From the NCBI GenBank assembly GCA_965197745.1, contig CBDANS010000005.1, positions 288,001-352,000 of the forward strand: 64,000 nt of DNA, read 5' to 3'. The position numbers and the translations under genes were made by a program. This document shows positions 52,808-63,227 of this stretch, piece by piece. The notes beneath the pieces are model-generated. The model ran no database searches and had not been told where the DNA came from. It saw only the letters and a program-made list of their open reading frames with translations. The stretch is from Opitutales bacterium. Lineage in GTDB: Bacteria; Verrucomicrobiota; Verrucomicrobiia; Opitutales; PNEW01. Within the stretch, counting starts at the first letter, position 1. Every line of letters starts with the position of its first letter.

Positions 52808-54214
52808 TCAGGTTTCTTTTAGCTCGGCGACAAGGGCACTTACGGTATTTTTAGCATCTCCAAAGAGCATTCTCGTTTTATCGATAAAATAGAGACGATT
52901 CTGCAATCCAGAAAAACCTGCTCCCGCACCCCGCTTAAGGGCAAAAACGTTTCTAGCTTCATGAGCATTAATAATTGGCATCCCGTAGATGGGGCTGTCT
53001 TTATCATCAATGGCCGCGGGGTTGACGACATCATTAGCTCCGATAACAATAGCTACGTCTACATTATGCATATTTGAGTTAATCTGTTCCATTTCCTGAA
53101 GTTGTTCATAGGGCACATCGGCCTCAGCGAGAAGCACATTCATATGCCCCGGCATACGACCGGCAACAGGGTGAATAGCAAAGTTCACTTCAGTCCCATT
53201 CTCCTCTAATATATCGCCGAGCTCTTTTACCGCGTGTTGAGCTTGTGCCACGGCCATTCCATAACCTGGAATAATGACAACGCTATTGGCTGCTTCAAGC
53301 ACGTAATAGGCTTCTTCAACGCTAATTGGTTTCATTTCACCTTCTTCACCCTTAGTCTCTTTTTGAATATTTGCGCCGAATCCGCTGAAGAGGACATTAG
53401 GGAGATTACGATTCATCGCTTTACACATGATGATGGTGAGGATAAAACCAGCTGAACCGACGAGGCACCCTGCAACGATGAGAACATTATTGAGAATAAC
53501 AAAACCGGCGGCGGCGGCGGCAATTCCCGAGAAGCTATTCAATAAAGAGATAACAACCGGCATGTCACCCCCACCGATAGGGAGCACTCCAAGTATGCCG
53601 AGAAGAAGAGAGAGTGTGATACCGGCAATAAATAGTTTATACGTATATTCGTTTTCCGGCTGGATAATGAAAAGGATCCCCAAGACTACAATGACGACCA
53701 GAATGAATATATTAGCTAATAATTGACCTGAGAATACGATGGCTTTGCTACTGATTTTTTCCGAAAGTTTACCGTAAGCTAAAAGGCTGCCGGTAAAAGT
53801 GATACCACCGATTAGAATTGCCAGATAAATAACACTCTTATAGAAGTAAGGGCTTCCCTGATATTCCGCCCAGCTAACGACCAAAATTTTCTCGTATTCG
53901 GCCCAACCGACAAGCAAACTGGCCAATCCGCCAAAGCCGTTAAAAAGAGCGACCATTTCAGGCATCCCTGTCATTTTAACCAACCTGGCTGCGAGGCTGC
54001 CAATAAACGCGCCAATAACAATTCCTGAAATAATCCAGGTGTAGCTGAGAATGTTTTTATCGAGCAGCGTTACGACTAACGCAAGGAACATACCTAGAGA
54101 AGAAACTAAATTACCTCGGCGCGCGGTGGCCGCAGAACTCAGCATTTTTATGCCGAAAATAAAAAGTATAGCGGCTGCAATATAAGCGAGATTTATAAGA
54201 CTGGACTCGGTCAT
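52808..54214 (-). CDS. pntB: NAD(P) transhydrogenase subunit beta
   Basis: MPEMVALFNGFGG, GGGDMPVVISLLN, PGYGMAVAQAQ, HPVAGRMPGHMNVLLAE, GANDVVNPAA. Confidence 0.97.
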   Translation of the reverse strand: MTESSLINLAYIAAAILFIFGIKMLSSAATARRGNLVSSLGMFLALVVTLLDKNILSYTWIISGIVIGAFIGSLAARLVKMTGMPEMVALFNGFGGLASLLVGWAEYEKILVVSWAEYQGSPYFYKSVIYLAILIGGITFTGSLLAYGKLSEKISSKAIVFSGQLLANIFILVVIVVLGILFIIQPENEYTYKLFIAGITLSLLLGILGVLPIGGGDMPVVISLLNSFSGIAAAAAGFVILNNVLIVAGCLVGSAGFILTIIMCKAMNRNLPNVLFSGFGANIQKETKGEEGEMKPISVEEAYYVLEAANSVVIIPGYGMAVAQAQHAVKELGDILEENGTEVNFAIHPVAGRMPGHMNVLLAEADVPYEQLQEMEQINSNMHNVDVAIVIGANDVVNPAAIDDKDSPIYGMPIINAHEARNVFALKRGAGAGFSGLQNRLYFIDKTRMLFGDAKNTVSALVAELKET

Positions 54215-54504
54215 TTTTTATTTGTGTCCCTACTCTTGAACATCCCCAGCATCCGATCAGTAACGAGGTAGCCGCCAACCACGTTGATGGTGGCAAAAAT
54301 CACGGCGATAAAACCTAAAATCATGGCGACGGTACCCTCTGGATTAGAGCCCGCTGCGAGAAGAGCTCCCACGATGGTTATTCCCGAGATAGCATTGGAA
54401 CCAGACATCAGCGGGGTGTGCAGTTGTGAAGGTACTTTGCTGATCAATTCGAAGCCGAGAAAGGCTGCGAGGATAAAAATGAAGAACAATAGAATTAAAG
54501 TCAT
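54211..54504 (-). CDS. pntA: NAD(P) transhydrogenase subunit alpha, membrane part (alpha2)
   Basis: LHTPLMSGSNAISG and NVVGGYLVTDRML. Confidence 0.95.
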   Translation of the reverse strand: MTLILLFFIFILAAFLGFELISKVPSQLHTPLMSGSNAISGITIVGALLAAGSNPEGTVAMILGFIAVIFATINVVGGYLVTDRMLGMFKSRDTNKK

Positions 54505-54582
54505 AGGTAAAAAATTAATTTAGCTTTTTAGGTTATCTTTTGAATCTGCACAAAAATACTCAATGGAGATGGCACGTAATGG

Positions 54583-55716
54583 TCATAATTTGTCTTTAAA
54601 ATATTCGTGAATAATCTGACCCCCGTAGGCGAGAAGGGATGCCTTAAGAATTTCATTTTTTAAATCCAAAAGGAGTGTTTTCTTTTCCTCATTCCAGAAA
54701 TGTTCAATAAGACTCGTGAGATTTGAAGCGTAAACGTAACTGGCATCGTGGGCTACCTGCCCCTCGAGATTATTAATGCCAATGATGATCACACCCGATT
54801 CAGTTATGTACTCCTGATCCACTATTGATTCTTCAACATTTCCTCCTGATGCTACGGCGAGGTCAACGATGACACTGCCCCGATTCATTTGCGATGTCAT
54901 CTCTTTGGTTATGATAACCGGAGCTTTTTGTCCAAACACTCTGGCCGTAGTGATGACGATATCGCTTTGGGCACACATTTTACTCAGTCCCTCACGTTGC
55001 AGTTCCAGCTGCTCTGGAGTAATTGATTTAGCATAACCTTCGCTCGTTTGCCCCGTATCTCCTAAATCAATTTTGATAAATCTCGCGCCCAGTGATTTTA
55101 CTTCTTCTTCCACTTTGGGCCGGGTATCGAATGCCTCTACTCTGGCGCCCAGACGTTTGGCGGTGGCAATTGCCTGCAGCCCTGCGACACCAGCACCAAC
55201 TATGAAAACTCTCGCGGCGGATAAAGTGCCAGCCGGTGTTACCATCATGGGTAGGATTTTATTCAGTCGCTCTGCCGCTTTAATAACAGCATAATAGCCG
55301 GCAAGGTTAGCCTGGGAACTCAGCACATCCATTTTCTGGGCAATGGTTGTTCGCGGCACCATTTCCATACTGATGACATTGATACCTTTTAAAGCCATAG
55401 CCTTTAGCAGTTTTGATTCTTCGAACGGATCTAAAAAACTGATGTGGAGCGCTCCCGACTTCATCTGATCGATCTCTTCAAGTCGGGGTTTGCGAATCCG
55501 AAAGATAATATCCGCGGTGCCAAAGGCCTGCTCCCGATCCTTTATGATAATTGCTCCCGCATCCACGTAATCATCATTGGCGTAGTTACTTGCGATACCT
55601 AAGTCTTCCTCTATCTTTACCGTAATTCCGAGGGCCGTCAGCTTTTTTACGCAACTGGGGACCAATGAAGCCCGGGTTTCCTCTTGGTGCGTTTCTTTAG
55701 GGCTGAATAGTTCCAT
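54583..55716 (-). CDS. pntA: NAD(P) transhydrogenase subunit alpha, NAD-binding part (alpha1)
   Basis: PRTTIAQKMDVLSSQANLAGY, GAGVAGLQAIATA, VDLA..GGN. Confidence 0.95.
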   Translation of the reverse strand: MELFSPKETHQEETRASLVPSCVKKLTALGITVKIEEDLGIASNYANDDYVDAGAIIIKDREQAFGTADIIFRIRKPRLEEIDQMKSGALHISFLDPFEESKLLKAMALKGINVISMEMVPRTTIAQKMDVLSSQANLAGYYAVIKAAERLNKILPMMVTPAGTLSAARVFIVGAGVAGLQAIATAKRLGARVEAFDTRPKVEEEVKSLGARFIKIDLGDTGQTSEGYAKSITPEQLELQREGLSKMCAQSDIVITTARVFGQKAPVIITKEMTSQMNRGSVIVDLAVASGGNVEESIVDQEYITESGVIIIGINNLEGQVAHDASYVYASNLTSLIEHFWNEEKKTLLLDLKNEILKASLLAYGGQIIHEYFKDKL

Positions 55717-56154
55717 GATACCTGGTTCGTAAAAAAGTAAAAATATTCAAAAGGATAAAGCTAAATTAAGATCAATGATGTTTTTTTAAAATATAAAGTA
55801 TTTATTGCTGTGGGGATGATACCGATTGTCCTTTATCTATCGTGATTCATTAATTTGCCATCATTATTTGTAAGGAGAAATCAGTAGATATTCTATGATG
55901 CTTGTTCCTCAATAAAGTTTATTGACTGTTTACCTTTCAAAACGAAGAAAATGAAATGTTAATCATTGTTCTCAATGCAGGTATATGCTATGGGTCTAGC
56001 CGTTAATTTGAAAAAGACAATCGAGAAGCCAATGATGTGATCAGGCTTATCAGATAGAGTGGTGAAACCGCGCGTAGAAAATCAGGATCCATTGATATAG
56101 AAGAGTGGGGCATTTTCCTCCTCTTGTGTTTGCATAAATTTATAGATAATTGCT

Positions 56155-58797
56155 ATGAGGTCTATACATATTCAGGTGAAATATATACAAAAATGGCATA
56201 TCTTCATACTCATAGGTAATGTCCTATGGAGTTGGGCATGGGGCAATACCGACCCGGGAGAAAAAGAAGTACCTCTATTCCCTGAAAACGGCCCTGCCTC
56301 GGTTAAAGAGATTGGTGCTTTACAATGGAAAATAGGAGCTGCCGATGATGCCCTTAAAGCCGGATTTTCTTCACTCGCAGCGCGTCTTTATCACGAATCA
56401 TTGGACGATCCGGTATTGGATTTTAAGAAGCGGCCGGAGATAATTTTAAATCTTGTTACAGCGCTTATCAGTGAAGGTCGATACGAGGAAGCAGGTCGAG
56501 CCCTGGAAACATTTCCCGATAGAACGGATCACGCTTATCGTTTACGCCAGGGATTGCTGGCATTTCAACGTGGCGATAGAATTGGCGCTGATGCCATTGC
56601 CGTGAAGATAGCTTTAAGTCAACTCGGCCAATCCGATCATCCCTGGTATTACGTGTTATATGGCCTTATTAAAGAAGCAGGGGGAGATCAAAGTGAAGCG
56701 ATAAAGTATTTTGATCTGGCCAGAGACAGTAGTATGACCGAAGCGCAACAGGCCCAATTTGAGGCTGTCAGTTATCGCAGCAGGTTAGTATCAGGTTCAG
56801 CAGATGAATCCCTTGTCGCTGATCTGAAAGCAAAGCTCAGTACTTCAAAAGGGGAACGTGCCGGTTACCAGTTCGCCCGAGCTTATGCTACGGCTTTACA
56901 GCAATTAGGTCGTAAGGAGGAAGCCATTCGTGTTCTCGAAGAACAGTTGAAATATATTTCCGTAGATGAACGGGATCTCGAAGATCAGTTGTTACTTCTG
57001 CTCGGGTTGATCGCGGGGGTAGATAGTGACCGAGGTAACATCGCCTTTCAAGATCTGTTGCGCGAGGGCAAGAACCGCAATCTTCAAAAAATAGGGCTTC
57101 TTCTGGCAGCGCGTGAAGCATTGGAAAATACGCCAACAGATGATTTCAAAATATTGCTTGATGAACTTATTGCTCAGACCCGGGGACATCCGCTTTTAGA
57201 TGAACTATATTATTTTCGGTCGCTAATGTATCTTAATAGCAACCGATTTGATTTAGCCGAGAATGATGCTAACAGCCTTCTTGAACAGTTCCCGGGGTCA
57301 ATTTTAAAAGAGAGCGCCATTCGTCTTTTGGCTTATATTGCTTGGAAACGTGAACCTCCCCAATATCGCACCGCCGCTGACTATTTGAACCGTTTACGGT
57401 CAGGATTACCCGTCGGTTCAGACCGTTGGCACTTGGCGGCATTGATGGCAGATTGCTATTATATGAACCATGATTATGAAAAAGCATTTGAAGCTTACGG
57501 CTTGGCTAGAGCGGAAATACCTGAGGGAATTACGCACGGCAGGTTTCTTTTTCAACAAGTGATGGCTTCCATTATGGCCGACAGAATCGAACCGGCGATG
57601 GCGCTATTGGACAGCGCAAAAACAAGCGAAGACATTCATCCTCTGAATCGATGGAAAGCGGAGTGGAATTTAATAAGCGAGATGAAAAGTCGCGGGCAAA
57701 TCAGTGAGGCTTTTAACCGAATTCATAATCTTATAGTGGAATCGAACAAAGCACCGATACCCCCTGAATTGAAGCTTCGCCTTATGTGGCTGGAGGCCCA
57801 ACTCTCTATTGAAGTAAGACAGGCCGAGGATACTCCAACACTAGCTGACCGTATTTTAAATACCCTGAAGAAAATACCAATTGACACCATTACTGAGTCT
57901 CAACGCGATCACATAATCAGCCAGACTTTACTCATTAAAGGGCAGGCCCTCTTCATTATTGAAGAAGAGGCTAAAGGACGGGAAATATTTGAACAATTGC
58001 GCGATCAATATCCCGGTAACGAATCTACAATTCTTTCTTATCTCTTTGAATCGCGCTATTACGCGGCCATAAATCGTTCCGTTGACGCGCAACAGCGTCT
58101 AATTGCTGTTGTCGATCGTTATCCCGAGAGCAAATATGCACCTATTGCGCTATGGGAAGCGGCTATTTACGCCGAGCAACGCGGAATGAATTCCACTTAC
58201 CAGGAAGCAGTGGCAATCCTCGAACGCCTCATCAATAATTATCCGCGTCCAGATTTTATCTTTCATGCACGGTTGAGACAGGCAGACATATTACGCAAGC
58301 TAAATGACTTTGGTGCGGCCCAAATAATATACGAAGGATTGATCAGCCAATACTATAGCCATCCTCAACGATACCGCGCAGAAATTTCGTTGGCCGATAG
58401 TCTGCTCGCTCAGGGCAGCCAGAATCCGGTGCGAGTTGATGATGCCATAGCTATTCTAGAACGGCTCGTTGATTTACCTAACCTCCCCGTTGATCTCGGT
58501 GCCGAAGCGGGTTTTAAATGTGGTTTTGCTTTATCCCATCAGGAAAACGATTTACGAGCACAGGAAATCTATTGGCAAATTATTACCCGGTTTCTTTTAG
58601 ACTCATCAAATAATATATCATTCAAAGCGCGAGGGCGTTATTGGATCTCTCGAAGTATCTTTGAACTTGGCATGCTTTTTGAAAAGGAAGAGCGTTATGA
58701 GGATGCTCGAGAGATTTATAAACTTATTCTTAATTATGAATTGCCAGGACTGACTCTGGCAGAAGCAAAAATACAAAAATTCTCCTCCATATTATAA
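56155..58797 (+). CDS. Large exported TPR-repeat protein (CpoB/BamD-like repeats)
   Basis: N-terminal hydrophobic segment, repeated helical YP/FP TPR ends (QFPGS, QYPGN, RYPES, NYPRP); upstream of exbB/exbD. Confidence 0.7.
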   Translation: MRSIHIQVKYIQKWHIFILIGNVLWSWAWGNTDPGEKEVPLFPENGPASVKEIGALQWKIGAADDALKAGFSSLAARLYHESLDDPVLDFKKRPEIILNLVTALISEGRYEEAGRALETFPDRTDHAYRLRQGLLAFQRGDRIGADAIAVKIALSQLGQSDHPWYYVLYGLIKEAGGDQSEAIKYFDLARDSSMTEAQQAQFEAVSYRSRLVSGSADESLVADLKAKLSTSKGERAGYQFARAYATALQQLGRKEEAIRVLEEQLKYISVDERDLEDQLLLLLGLIAGVDSDRGNIAFQDLLREGKNRNLQKIGLLLAAREALENTPTDDFKILLDELIAQTRGHPLLDELYYFRSLMYLNSNRFDLAENDANSLLEQFPGSILKESAIRLLAYIAWKREPPQYRTAADYLNRLRSGLPVGSDRWHLAALMADCYYMNHDYEKAFEAYGLARAEIPEGITHGRFLFQQVMASIMADRIEPAMALLDSAKTSEDIHPLNRWKAEWNLISEMKSRGQISEAFNRIHNLIVESNKAPIPPELKLRLMWLEAQLSIEVRQAEDTPTLADRILNTLKKIPIDTITESQRDHIISQTLLIKGQALFIIEEEAKGREIFEQLRDQYPGNESTILSYLFESRYYAAINRSVDAQQRLIAVVDRYPESKYAPIALWEAAIYAEQRGMNSTYQEAVAILERLINNYPRPDFIFHARLRQADILRKLNDFGAAQIIYEGLISQYYSHPQRYRAEISLADSLLAQGSQNPVRVDDAIAILERLVDLPNLPVDLGAEAGFKCGFALSHQENDLRAQEIYWQIITRFLLDSSNNISFKARGRYWISRSIFELGMLFEKEERYEDAREIYKLILNYELPGLTLAEAKIQKFSSIL

Positions 58798-58910
58798 ATA
58801 GAAAGCGCTTTAGTCTTAAACTATGCAGCTCTTGTAGAGTCACGGGCCACCCTCATTAAAACTGCACTCAGCTTTAAATTTTAAATCTTTTCAATTTAAA
58901 AAGCATAATA

Positions 58911-59615
58911 TTGATTATGGAAAATTTTTACCCATCATTTATAGAGCAGGGGGGACTCATCATGTGGCCGTTATTGGCCCTGAGTTTACTTGCCTTTATC
59001 CTTTTTATTGAGCGAATACTTTATTTGCACAAAGGGCAGATACGCTCGAGTGAGTTCATTGAGGGAATTAAAAACCTCTTACGGAAGAGACGCCTTATTG
59101 AAGCGCTCACGGTTTGTGATACAACACCGGGTCCACTTCCTAATATGGTGAAAGCAGCGCTTCTCAATTATGATCAAGGTGAGCCACGTATGCGCTCTTC
59201 ATTGCAGTCAGCGGCGCTAGTTCAAATACCCTTGCTCGAAAAACGAATCGGGACAGTTGCCGCTATTGCGCGTATTTCACCTCTGCTCGGATTGCTGGGC
59301 ACAATTATCGGCATCACCAAGACTTTTGTTATTCTTCAGGCTGAGGGAGCTTATGCCCATCAAGGGGTTCTAACCAGAGGACTTGGTGAAGCCCTGATCA
59401 CAACTGCAACCGGTCTGTGCATTGCTATTCTCGCATATCTTGCGCATCATTTTCTATATGGGCGCTTGCGAGCACTCGTTCACGATATGGAGTATGTGGG
59501 AAATGAGATAATGCAGTTTCTTTTACACGATCTTCCCGAAGAAGAAGAAATCGAGCCGGAACAGGCTGCGGACATCGTAGAATCCAAATCCCCGGATGAT
59601 AACCAGCCCGCTTAA
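58911..59615 (+). CDS. MotA/TolQ/ExbB proton channel protein
   Basis: GGLIMWPL, SPLLGLLGTIIG, GEALITTATGL. Confidence 0.9.
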   Translation: MIMENFYPSFIEQGGLIMWPLLALSLLAFILFIERILYLHKGQIRSSEFIEGIKNLLRKRRLIEALTVCDTTPGPLPNMVKAALLNYDQGEPRMRSSLQSAALVQIPLLEKRIGTVAAIARISPLLGLLGTIIGITKTFVILQAEGAYAHQGVLTRGLGEALITTATGLCIAILAYLAHHFLYGRLRALVHDMEYVGNEIMQFLLHDLPEEEEIEPEQAADIVESKSPDDNQPA

Positions 59616-60048
59616 CCTTGAGTCTCAAATTAGAGAGCCGAGCCGGCATTTCGATTCCGTGCCCTTTATCGATTTATGCCTTATTGGTTTGTTTATCGTA
59701 CTTTCTTCTTCTAAATTTATATTTGCCCCAGGTCTCAATATTGATTTACCCGAAGCCGTATCTCAGGAGTTAGAGGGAGTGCCTACCACTGCGGTGCTCA
59801 CGGTACGTGAAAATGATATGATAGTTTTTGAGGGACAGATATTCAGTTTCGTGTCCCTCGAAAACAGGTTGATCAATTTTTCAAAAGAGAATGAAAAAAA
59901 AATTAATTCTATTCTTCTTGTGAAAATTGATAAAAATGTGAAGGTGCAGCAATTGCTCGAAATTCTCGATATGGTTCGACCTTATTTTTCCAGCGTGCAA
60001 ATCGCCGCCGAAGAAAAAAAACGGGAGTATGACATATTTCCAAATTAA
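59596..60048 (+). CDS. ExbD/TolR-family protein
   Basis: VPFID TM with the conserved Asp, IDLP, KIDKNV; overlaps the ExbB-type gene. Confidence 0.82.
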   Translation: MITSPLNLESQIREPSRHFDSVPFIDLCLIGLFIVLSSSKFIFAPGLNIDLPEAVSQELEGVPTTAVLTVRENDMIVFEGQIFSFVSLENRLINFSKENEKKINSILLVKIDKNVKVQQLLEILDMVRPYFSSVQIAAEEKKREYDIFPN

Positions 60049-60062
60049 CGGTATCAGGATAG

Positions 60063-60818
60063 ATGGGTGAATTATCTAATAATTCTAAAGGGAAGATAAT
60101 ACCCTTAAGTGGAATAGCAAAAGTTGCTATAATTATTGGTGTATCCTTTCATTTATTGGGATTTTTAGCATTTCATGTTCAATCATCTTCAGATGATAAA
60201 ATTATATTTCCCGCACCGTCTGTCCAATACCACAGTGCCGAGGTAAAAAAGAACAATCGGCTTTTAAGTGAGCAAGCAGAGTTGTATGATTCGGCCCCTC
60301 TCTTTTTGCCGACGTCCTGGAATTACGCGAGCAACACCGATGTCTTTACCCTGGAAGTAGATATTGCTCCCTTGTTCCCCTCTTATTCAGCCGAAATAGA
60401 GATTAGTGATGATACCCTTAAACCAGATATACGAAATGGAAATTCAACAATTATACGGGCAAGAGATTCTTTAAAGTATAAATACTGGGATCTTTTTTCA
60501 ACTTTTGGTGAAGAGAAGCAGCCTGAGAATTGGATTTCTGGACGCAGAGCTTATATGGAAGTTTATGATATGATGGGTGATCGACTGGTGAGGAGTGAGA
60601 CCTTGCCAGAGGATTTAGGGGCATTAAACGAAATGCCATTATGGACACCTTTAGAATATCTGGTGACAATAGATATACTGGGCGCGTTAGGGGAGCCCAT
60701 GCTATTACAAGGATCCGGAATTGAAAAAATAGACGCGATCATGCGAGCATATATTTCGGAACCTGCTTTTGGTGCCAGACTGGAACCGGGTTATTATAAA
60801 GTTGCGATTGGACCTTAG
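60063..60818 (+). CDS. Membrane-anchored hypothetical protein, possibly a TonB/TolA-like energy transducer
   Basis: Single TM with S..H (GVSFHLLG); C-terminal LVTID..G..PMLLQGSG..ID reminiscent of TonB_C; follows exbB/exbD. Confidence 0.5.
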   Translation: MGELSNNSKGKIIPLSGIAKVAIIIGVSFHLLGFLAFHVQSSSDDKIIFPAPSVQYHSAEVKKNNRLLSEQAELYDSAPLFLPTSWNYASNTDVFTLEVDIAPLFPSYSAEIEISDDTLKPDIRNGNSTIIRARDSLKYKYWDLFSTFGEEKQPENWISGRRAYMEVYDMMGDRLVRSETLPEDLGALNEMPLWTPLEYLVTIDILGALGEPMLLQGSGIEKIDAIMRAYISEPAFGARLEPGYYKVAIGP

Positions 60819-60930
60819 ACTGGAAACTGAGAAAAGCCTCCTGCCAAAAGAATTTGATTCATGATGGCAATAGAATATGCCCCCAAACTTGATTGAGGAA
60901 GGTGATAAATACTGCAACCCATTAAAGCCG

Positions 60931-61521
60931 TTAAACAGAGGTATGATACCAGTCATTGATGGGGCGTAAAGTAGGCTTATCCTCTAAAGTATTTAAAAAC
61001 CAATGAGAATTATCATCGTATCTCTGACAAAATTCCAGCCACTTTATATAAAATAAGGCCAGGCCATTGGGGGTGCTTTGCAATTGATTTATGAGTCGAC
61101 CCAGTCTGCACCATTTACGTAACAGTCTGTATTCTCTAAATATATTCGCTGAGTTGAACCATTTGTTCATAACCTGAATCTTTCGTAATTTAAGGCGTGA
61201 GATTAGTGTTTCAGAGGGTGTCCAAAGGGTTAAAATTTTATAATTATTTGAAGTTTCAATGATATCCAGGGTTTTGTCGCTCTCGAATTTTTTATTAGAT
61301 TTGAATCGATAAATAATATCGTAGTGAAACATCAATAGATCTATTTTTGTTTCGCGTAATTTATCCAGTTTACCAGCATTTACAGTAATCCATGTTGAGG
61401 GATGATTTATATTTAAATCGTTTAGTAATGATGAACAATTACCTCTATACAGTCCTTCTATTAATGTCGTTTTCCCCCCACAGGTAGGTCCGGCAAAGAC
61501 AATTAACTGATCAATTTGCAT
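60931..61521 (-). CDS. Hypothetical P-loop protein
   Basis: N-terminal IVFAGPTCGGKTT Walker A; remainder not recognised. Confidence 0.5.
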   Translation of the reverse strand: MQIDQLIVFAGPTCGGKTTLIEGLYRGNCSSLLNDLNINHPSTWITVNAGKLDKLRETKIDLLMFHYDIIYRFKSNKKFESDKTLDIIETSNNYKILTLWTPSETLISRLKLRKIQVMNKWFNSANIFREYRLLRKWCRLGRLINQLQSTPNGLALFYIKWLEFCQRYDDNSHWFLNTLEDKPTLRPINDWYHTSV

Positions 61522-61553
61522 TTTGTCTGCTGGTTCCCACTGGCTGACTCCAG

Positions 61554-61937
61554 CTAATCTGAGAGGACGTTTACTTCAATATGCGTGATGAGATTGTCGA
61601 TTGTAAACATAATGCGTTCGAGACCCCGTCGTTCAATTTTCTCACCCGTATCAATATCAGAGGCGCACATTGTAAACTCAAATTCAACGCCTCCTTCAGA
61701 AGCTGGATGATAAGAAGAAACTTTCCAATTTACGTCAGGAAAGCGTGCGAAAAAATTACTCATCATGTTGGCAATGGCAGTTTTACCCTTGAAAGTCCCG
61801 ACCTGTGAAGAGTGATAGGTGGCCTCTTCGTCAAACATCGATAAAATAGTATCCAAATTATGCGCGTTTGATTGATCAACATATTGACGCGCCAGGTTGA
61901 CTGAATTTTCCATCCCCATCGCTTTAAAATAGATCAA
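61554..61937 (-). CDS. SnoaL/NTF2-like domain protein
   Basis: NAHNLDTILSMFDEEATY, GKTAI..FF..FPD. True start probably the second or third Met. Confidence 0.75.
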   Translation of the reverse strand: MIYFKAMGMENSVNLARQYVDQSNAHNLDTILSMFDEEATYHSSQVGTFKGKTAIANMMSNFFARFPDVNWKVSSYHPASEGGVEFEFTMCASDIDTGEKIERRGLERIMFTIDNLITHIEVNVLSD

Positions 61938-61979
61938 CTTCTACCAGTTGAGCTATCTGACAACTGTATTTATATGTCT

Positions 61980-62477
61980 TCAATGACCTTCTTCAACTGA
62001 ATCATCAATCTCGACAGTGTGCGTTTCGATATTCATGACGGTGATATCATAGTCCAGGTATTGTGTCTCTTCCAGAACCTTCCAGCCAAGACGTAAATAA
62101 AGTTTTGCTTTATCGAAGGTAAAAAGAAAAAGAATTGGGATATTTAAGGTATGCGCTTTTTTCACAATGCGATTTACGATGGCGGATCCGATCCCTTTGT
62201 TTCGCTGCTCAAAAGGAACATAGACACTAGCTAACCAGGGCGATAAATGCTGACGTATTGGTAAGTCATTCTCAACCAGGCTCGCCGAACCCACGGGTAA
62301 TGATTCAGCGATGGCCACAAATGTTAATGGAATGGATTGCGGGTTTAGCTGCTTTTGCAGATTTTCAATGCGCCATTCCACTGTTTTTTCCGGTTTAATA
62401 GAACCCCATTCCTGAAAATGCCAGGTGGCAATAGTGCGAATAAATTCTGGGTGATTTGCTAGATAATCAATTTGCAT
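61980..62477 (-). CDS. GNAT-family N-acetyltransferase
   Basis: PWLASVYV..QRNKGIGS acetyl-CoA motif, LYLRLGW. Confidence 0.88.
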   Translation of the reverse strand: MQIDYLANHPEFIRTIATWHFQEWGSIKPEKTVEWRIENLQKQLNPQSIPLTFVAIAESLPVGSASLVENDLPIRQHLSPWLASVYVPFEQRNKGIGSAIVNRIVKKAHTLNIPILFLFTFDKAKLYLRLGWKVLEETQYLDYDITVMNIETHTVEIDDSVEEGH

Positions 62478-63092
62478 GTGAAATGGGCTAGTCCTTGCTG
62501 AAAAGGCACAATTTTATTATACGATGCCACCATTGGATATTTTAAAAGGAAATTATAAGGATGAACGTTGTCTGCACAGAAAATTCAGCAGCAGAAATCT
62601 ATTTTAGGGATTTCAGTGACTTTCACTAAGATGGCTGTGAAAATGGGCAGAATCTGAGCCATACTCTAATTTTGCGGGTGCGGTCAGCACTATATATACA
62701 TAAGTTTATATTAATCAGCTATTTATGTATAAATTCGTTTGAATTTAGCTCCTGTCTTCGCGAATTTACGATATAATGATTTAAAGGCAGTATCAGTATC
62801 ATGAGATTGAGATTATGGCTGTTTCCTATCAAACATCATGAAAATATCAGGTTTGGGGCTTGTTTTTAGAAAAGATAGGGGAGAAAGTGATGAATTCTCT
62901 GTGAATTTATATTTAAATTGGATATTTAGATATTTACTGATTGAAAATGATTCGAAATAGAGTGCTATCCCTGAATTTATGTATAAATATTAAATATATC
63001 ATTAAAAATGGTTGACTGGGTAATACTAAATCTCAAGATTCTCCCGCTTTACCCAATTCTCTTCCTTTCGTCAGACACCTTTACCTTTTAGC

Positions 63093-63168
<76 letters not shown>

Positions 63169-63227
63169 TTTCATGCTTTTTTCACACTAACTCAATATAT
63201 TAACATTCACAATCTGCTAATAAGTAT

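Noticed and set aside
55717..56154. Possible ncRNA or riboswitch in the pntA-TPR divergent spacer
   Set aside because: Only a weak hairpin near 56101-56125; no known motif recognised.
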